Part shown: positions 60,358 through 64,000 of the stretch, piece by piece
Numbering within the stretch: position 1 is the first letter of the stretch
Layout of the letters: each line of letters starts with the position of its first letter
Made by a program: the position numbers and the translations under genes
NCBI GenBank assembly: GCA_963662655.2
Contig: CAXXTU010000002.1
Coordinates: 1,632,001 to 1,696,000, forward strand
Length of the DNA stretch: 64,000 bases
Source: Candidatus Cloacimonadales bacterium
GTDB lineage: Bacteria > Cloacimonadota > Cloacimonadia > Cloacimonadales > JAIOQZ01
Direction: 5' to 3'
Notes under the pieces: model-generated
Database searches by the model: none
What the model was told of the DNA's origin: nothing
Seen by the model: only the letters and a program-made list of their open reading frames with translations

Positions 60358-60543
60358 GCGCGGCGGGGCGGCGCGTGCGCTTCGCGCACAAAAGCATGGG
60401 GAAGCTGTTAGCGAAAAACAGCTTACCCATGCTTTTACCGAAACCTTTATGAAATCCGGCGCACATTCACGTTCATCGGCTAATCCGTGTTGTTCCCGGG
60501 AATGTGGGTCGGATGAATGGTTTCGGGCGCCGCCCCACCGTGC
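60358..60543 (-). repeat. Family 1 four-way-junction palindromic element, copy 3 (inverted)
   Basis: P1 60358-60374/60527-60543; P4 GTGCGCTTCGCGCAC 60375-60389 (reverse complement of the invariant arm); P3 60390-60436; P2 60438-60526. Confidence 0.85.
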
Positions 60544-60567
60544 GGTCGGTTCGCAAATCCAGAATTG

Positions 60568-61311
60568 TTATTTACTCAAAATGGGTAGATGAGAAAGCAG
60601 GACATTCGTTTGAGCCGCCATGAGACTCCCTTTGATCTCGGGGTAACACTGCGTCAGTTCTTCGATGAGTTCCTTCATCTTCGTTCGCTCTCCCCGGTCA
60701 GAGAATCTGCACGAGCTGTGAATGATGGGCAAATCCGTTTGCTTGACGAAGACCGATATCTCTTCTTCCGCACAGAAAGCGAGCGGTCGAATCACCTCAA
60801 CCGGCTGCCCTTCGATCTGGTACGACACGGGCATACTCGAAAGCGTCCCCGAGAAGAACAGATTCATCAGGAGGGTCTCGTTGAAGTCCTCGCGGTGGTG
60901 CCCGAGAGCGATCTTGTTGAAGCCGTTTTTCGTTGCGTAAGTAGTGAGGAATCCCCTGCGAAGTCGAGCGCAGAAAGCGCAGTGCGATTTGTTGCGATTG
61001 AGGTTGTCAGCTATTATTTCCCCAATATCCGTTTCGAGCAAGACAAACTCCGGAAGAATATCCCGGCACGCCTCCTCGATGATGCGGTTTTCTACGCGCC
61101 CATGAGGGTAATCCACTTTCACGGCGCAAAGCTCGAAAAGAACCGGCGCTTTCTTCTGAAGCTCAACCAGGGCATGCAGCAGCGTCCAGGAATCTTTGCC
61201 ACCCGAAACTCCCACCACGATCCGGTCGTTATCCTTGATCAACCCGTAATCGATAATGGTTTTACCCGCTTTGCGGAGTATTGGTTTGAGGGCGTGAGAG
61301 ACATCCTTCAT
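60568..61311 (-). CDS. ttcA: tRNA 2-thiocytidine biosynthesis protein TtcA family
   Basis: VSGGKDS PP-loop, CAFCARLRRG, LGHHRED, IRPL. Confidence 0.9.
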   Translation of the reverse strand: MKDVSHALKPILRKAGKTIIDYGLIKDNDRIVVGVSGGKDSWTLLHALVELQKKAPVLFELCAVKVDYPHGRVENRIIEEACRDILPEFVLLETDIGEIIADNLNRNKSHCAFCARLRRGFLTTYATKNGFNKIALGHHREDFNETLLMNLFFSGTLSSMPVSYQIEGQPVEVIRPLAFCAEEEISVFVKQTDLPIIHSSCRFSDRGERTKMKELIEELTQCYPEIKGSLMAAQTNVLLSHLPILSK

Positions 61312-61315
61312 CTGC

Positions 61316-62380
61316 TTACTTGGCCAGGCTTTCTTTAATCTCGATTATACTGCTCTTCACATCGAAAAAGAGCTCGACCAGGGACGGATCGAAATGGTAT
61401 CCGGAACTTCCCCTGAAGTAACTGTCGATATCCGGCTCATTGAACGCTTCCTTGTAAACTCGCCTGAACGAGAGCGCATCATACACATCCGCCATCGCCA
61501 CAATCCGGGCTTCGAGTGGTATCTCTTTACCCTTCAGTCGCTTGACATAGCCCTTGCCGTCCCAGCGCTCATGATGGTACAAGACAATATTCTTCGCCAT
61601 TTCGTCAACAGCAGGCGTGTTCAACATCTCGAATCCATACACGACATGCTGCTCGATTACCTTGAATTCCTCTCTCGTGAGGGGACCGGGCTTCTTCAGT
61701 ACCTGATCGGGGATACCGATCTTCCCAACATCGTGCAGGGATGCGTAATGCTCGATGCGGTTCACGAAATCGTGCTCGCAACCAAACTCTCGAGCCAGTA
61801 GCGACGAATACAAACTCACCCTCCGAATATGGTTCCCCGTATCGATGTCGTTGTAGTGATTGGCGTTCTCCAGCGCTGAAACCATTGCCATGGTTATCTG
61901 CTGGTTCTTACGGGTCTTCTCCTCCACGAGCGCGGCGAGGTGCAACTCGCGATCATGCAGAAGTGTGTTCTTGTACTTGAGTTCGTCCTGCGTTCGTTTC
62001 AGGGTTAGCTGCGCCCTCACTCGCTCCAGCATGACCTTGATGTTCATCGGCTTGGTGACATAATCGATACCGCCAAGAGAGAAAGCCTTCACCATGAACT
62101 GCTCGTCGGCGATTCCGGTCATGAATATGATGGGAATGTGCTTGAATTTGTCATCGCCTTTGATGATTTCGGCGACTTCGAATCCATCCATGATCGGCAT
62201 CATGATATCGAGCAGGATAAGGTCGACATCGTTGTTTCTGATTCGATCGAGCGCTTCTTCGCCGTTTGTTGCGATGATTATCTCGTAGTTGGTTCTAATG
62301 TGGAAAATTTCGCTCAATAGCTCGACAATGTCTTCATTGTCCTCTGCGATCAAGACCTTGCAGTTCGTCAAATCTACCAT
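61316..62380 (-). CDS. REC-HD-GYP response regulator (RpfG-like c-di-GMP phosphodiesterase)
   Basis: LLDIMMP REC; TGNHIRRV, LHDVGK, HHERWDGKGY, ADVYDAL. Confidence 0.92.
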   Translation of the reverse strand: MVDLTNCKVLIAEDNEDIVELLSEIFHIRTNYEIIIATNGEEALDRIRNNDVDLILLDIMMPIMDGFEVAEIIKGDDKFKHIPIIFMTGIADEQFMVKAFSLGGIDYVTKPMNIKVMLERVRAQLTLKRTQDELKYKNTLLHDRELHLAALVEEKTRKNQQITMAMVSALENANHYNDIDTGNHIRRVSLYSSLLAREFGCEHDFVNRIEHYASLHDVGKIGIPDQVLKKPGPLTREEFKVIEQHVVYGFEMLNTPAVDEMAKNIVLYHHERWDGKGYVKRLKGKEIPLEARIVAMADVYDALSFRRVYKEAFNEPDIDSYFRGSSGYHFDPSLVELFFDVKSSIIEIKESLAK

Positions 62381-62440
62381 CTGTTCTCCATTCCCGTACA
62401 CCACAATCCCGGAAAACAATTCAAATCTCAATTACCGATA

Positions 62441-63400
62441 TCAATAAACCTCGTCGTATCTCAGTTTGGTAATCCCATTGCTTTGAGCAAGGTATATATA
62501 ATTATAATCTACATCCAGCGACCATGCGTAGCCGGACGTATAATAGGAATCGATCAGAGAGGGAGAAGCCGGATCCGAAACATCGATCGCCTGCACACCA
62601 TAATCTCCAGCCGCAACAAACAAATGTCTGCTTCTCACGCAAATGTCCATAACTTCGGAGAATGTGTTATAATACCCGACTTCCTGAGGATTCTCGATAT
62701 CCGTCACATCGAGAATCGTAATCCCTGTTTCACCAGCCACATAGACGTAGTGATCCTCCACGGCTATCGCATTGGAAGCAAGTAGAGAATGATCGGTTAC
62801 AAGCCACGGAAAGCTGGGATCCGAAACATCCATGATCCATATACCACTTGAATATACCCCAAACAGATAAGGCCACTTTAACGCGATTTGGTAGGTCTCG
62901 TCGCTCCAGAACTGGCTGCCTGTTTGTTGAATTCTGTTTGGATTACTCACGTCGAGAACCCGCAGACCGAAGTACTTATCCATCACAAACGCATAATTGC
63001 TTTGCACAATAACATCGTTGAAATAAGTTCCGCTAAACTCGTCAACGGAATGGATATCGTCGTAAATGCTCATGTCCGCAACATCGATCCCATCTCCGGC
63101 GAGAAAAACGTAATCTCCGGAGATATCGAAATCGGATGCGACGTTTGTATAATAACCTAAAAGCTCTAAATCATCCGTCAATAGTTGATCGAATACCATA
63201 AATCCATATTCGCTGTTCAGGGTATAGATGTTTCCAGAATCCTCGTTGATTCGATAGGTATAACCTTCGACCTGATAATCGGCGATCAGCTCCAGAAAAC
63301 CGGCCATTCCTGTTCCTGTACCCGTGGTAGAATCACAAGATGCAAGGAGAATCAGTAGCGGTAACGTGGCCAAGTAAAGGAGCGATCGTTTTTGTTTCAT
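62441..63400 (-). CDS. LVIVD-repeat beta-propeller lipoprotein
   Basis: Lipobox LASC; repeated Y.YVA...G...(I/L)DVS(D/N)P..P units. Confidence 0.85.
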   Translation of the reverse strand: MKQKRSLLYLATLPLLILLASCDSTTGTGTGMAGFLELIADYQVEGYTYRINEDSGNIYTLNSEYGFMVFDQLLTDDLELLGYYTNVASDFDISGDYVFLAGDGIDVADMSIYDDIHSVDEFSGTYFNDVIVQSNYAFVMDKYFGLRVLDVSNPNRIQQTGSQFWSDETYQIALKWPYLFGVYSSGIWIMDVSDPSFPWLVTDHSLLASNAIAVEDHYVYVAGETGITILDVTDIENPQEVGYYNTFSEVMDICVRSRHLFVAAGDYGVQAIDVSDPASPSLIDSYYTSGYAWSLDVDYNYIYLAQSNGITKLRYDEVY

Positions 63401-63404
63401 CTCG

Positions 63405-63872
63405 TTACTCGGATGGATAGAAGAACGTTAATCCCGAGTAGTTCTCAACGATGAACAACCGGATGAAGTTTGCTGCATTGTCGTCATTGACCACTTCGAA
63501 GTTTTCAGGATCGAATTTCCTGTACTTCTTTCCCTGCTCGATGTCAGCATCCGTGATCCTCTTGAAGGCGTAGTATCCATCCTTTTTCAGCTCAACAAGA
63601 TCGCCGGACTTCAATTCGAGGTAATCGTCTCCCAGCTCGTCCGTCGCATCGATGAGCTTAAGATATCCGCCTTTCTCGGTCTCCCCTATCAACGTTTGAT
63701 TGTAAAACACTTCGATCTGATCCAGGTTGGAATCGTAAGTATTACCGGTTTGACCACTGGAAACCTGTATGTGAAATTGTGGTTTGGGCGAGTTGTACAT
63801 CCAGTTGGCACACCCCAACATAAGCACGAGAATGGCCGTAATGGTGAAGAATATCGAAATTCGTTTTGTCAT
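63405..63872 (-). CDS. hypothetical lipoprotein
   Basis: Lipobox MLGC; AGGAG RBS. Confidence 0.75.
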   Translation of the reverse strand: MTKRISIFFTITAILVLMLGCANWMYNSPKPQFHIQVSSGQTGNTYDSNLDQIEVFYNQTLIGETEKGGYLKLIDATDELGDDYLELKSGDLVELKKDGYYAFKRITDADIEQGKKYRKFDPENFEVVNDDNAANFIRLFIVENYSGLTFFYPSE

Positions 63873-64000
63873 TCATTGATCTCCTGAAACAGTTTGGAAA
63901 ACAAACGCAGATAACATGTTTGCTGTCAACGTTTATTTCTTTTCCTAGTTCATACATTATAGCGGATTCTCACCCGTTTCGTTACACCTTCTTACCAACA

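Noticed and set aside
1..64000. CRISPR array, rRNA, tRNA, IS transposase or prophage genes
   Set aside because: No regularly spaced direct repeats or recognisable motifs were seen by eye.

Overview
A 64 kb gene-dense chromosomal window from a diderm bacterium. The Lpt and KdsC genes, the Omp85-type protein, the rpoN-hpf-hprK-HPr-EI operon and five secreted proteins with a T9SS type-A/FlgD-Ig-like C-terminal tail (four ending NPFNP...KxMLLLK-like) suggest Cloacimonadota or a related FCB lineage (inference). Most genes are housekeeping: topB, mtaB, ackA, maf, lptF/G, gltX, holB, ribE, recR, ybaB, folC, rlpA, metK, two phosphoglucose isomerases, PTS genes, lipA, lpdA, rpoN, lptABC, kdsC and ttcA. 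They are interleaved with secreted and signalling genes. I found no rRNA, tRNA, CRISPR array, transposase or integrase. The most striking signal is intergenic: dispersed elements that keep their structure while their sequence varies. Family 1 has three copies (6181-6286, 19240-19412, 60358-60543 minus strand) and folds as a near-perfect four-way junction with an invariant GTGCGC-GAA-GCGCAC arm and two unrelated but self-complementary arms. Family 2 has two copies (7555-7673, 14613-14741) and folds as a long rod whose stems are replaced between copies while the internal loops and a bulged A are kept. Further single cruciform or rod elements lie at 14481-14600 and 26066-26161. Several of these sit beside the secreted-protein genes. 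All folds were worked out by eye and all product calls come from recognised motifs, not database searches.
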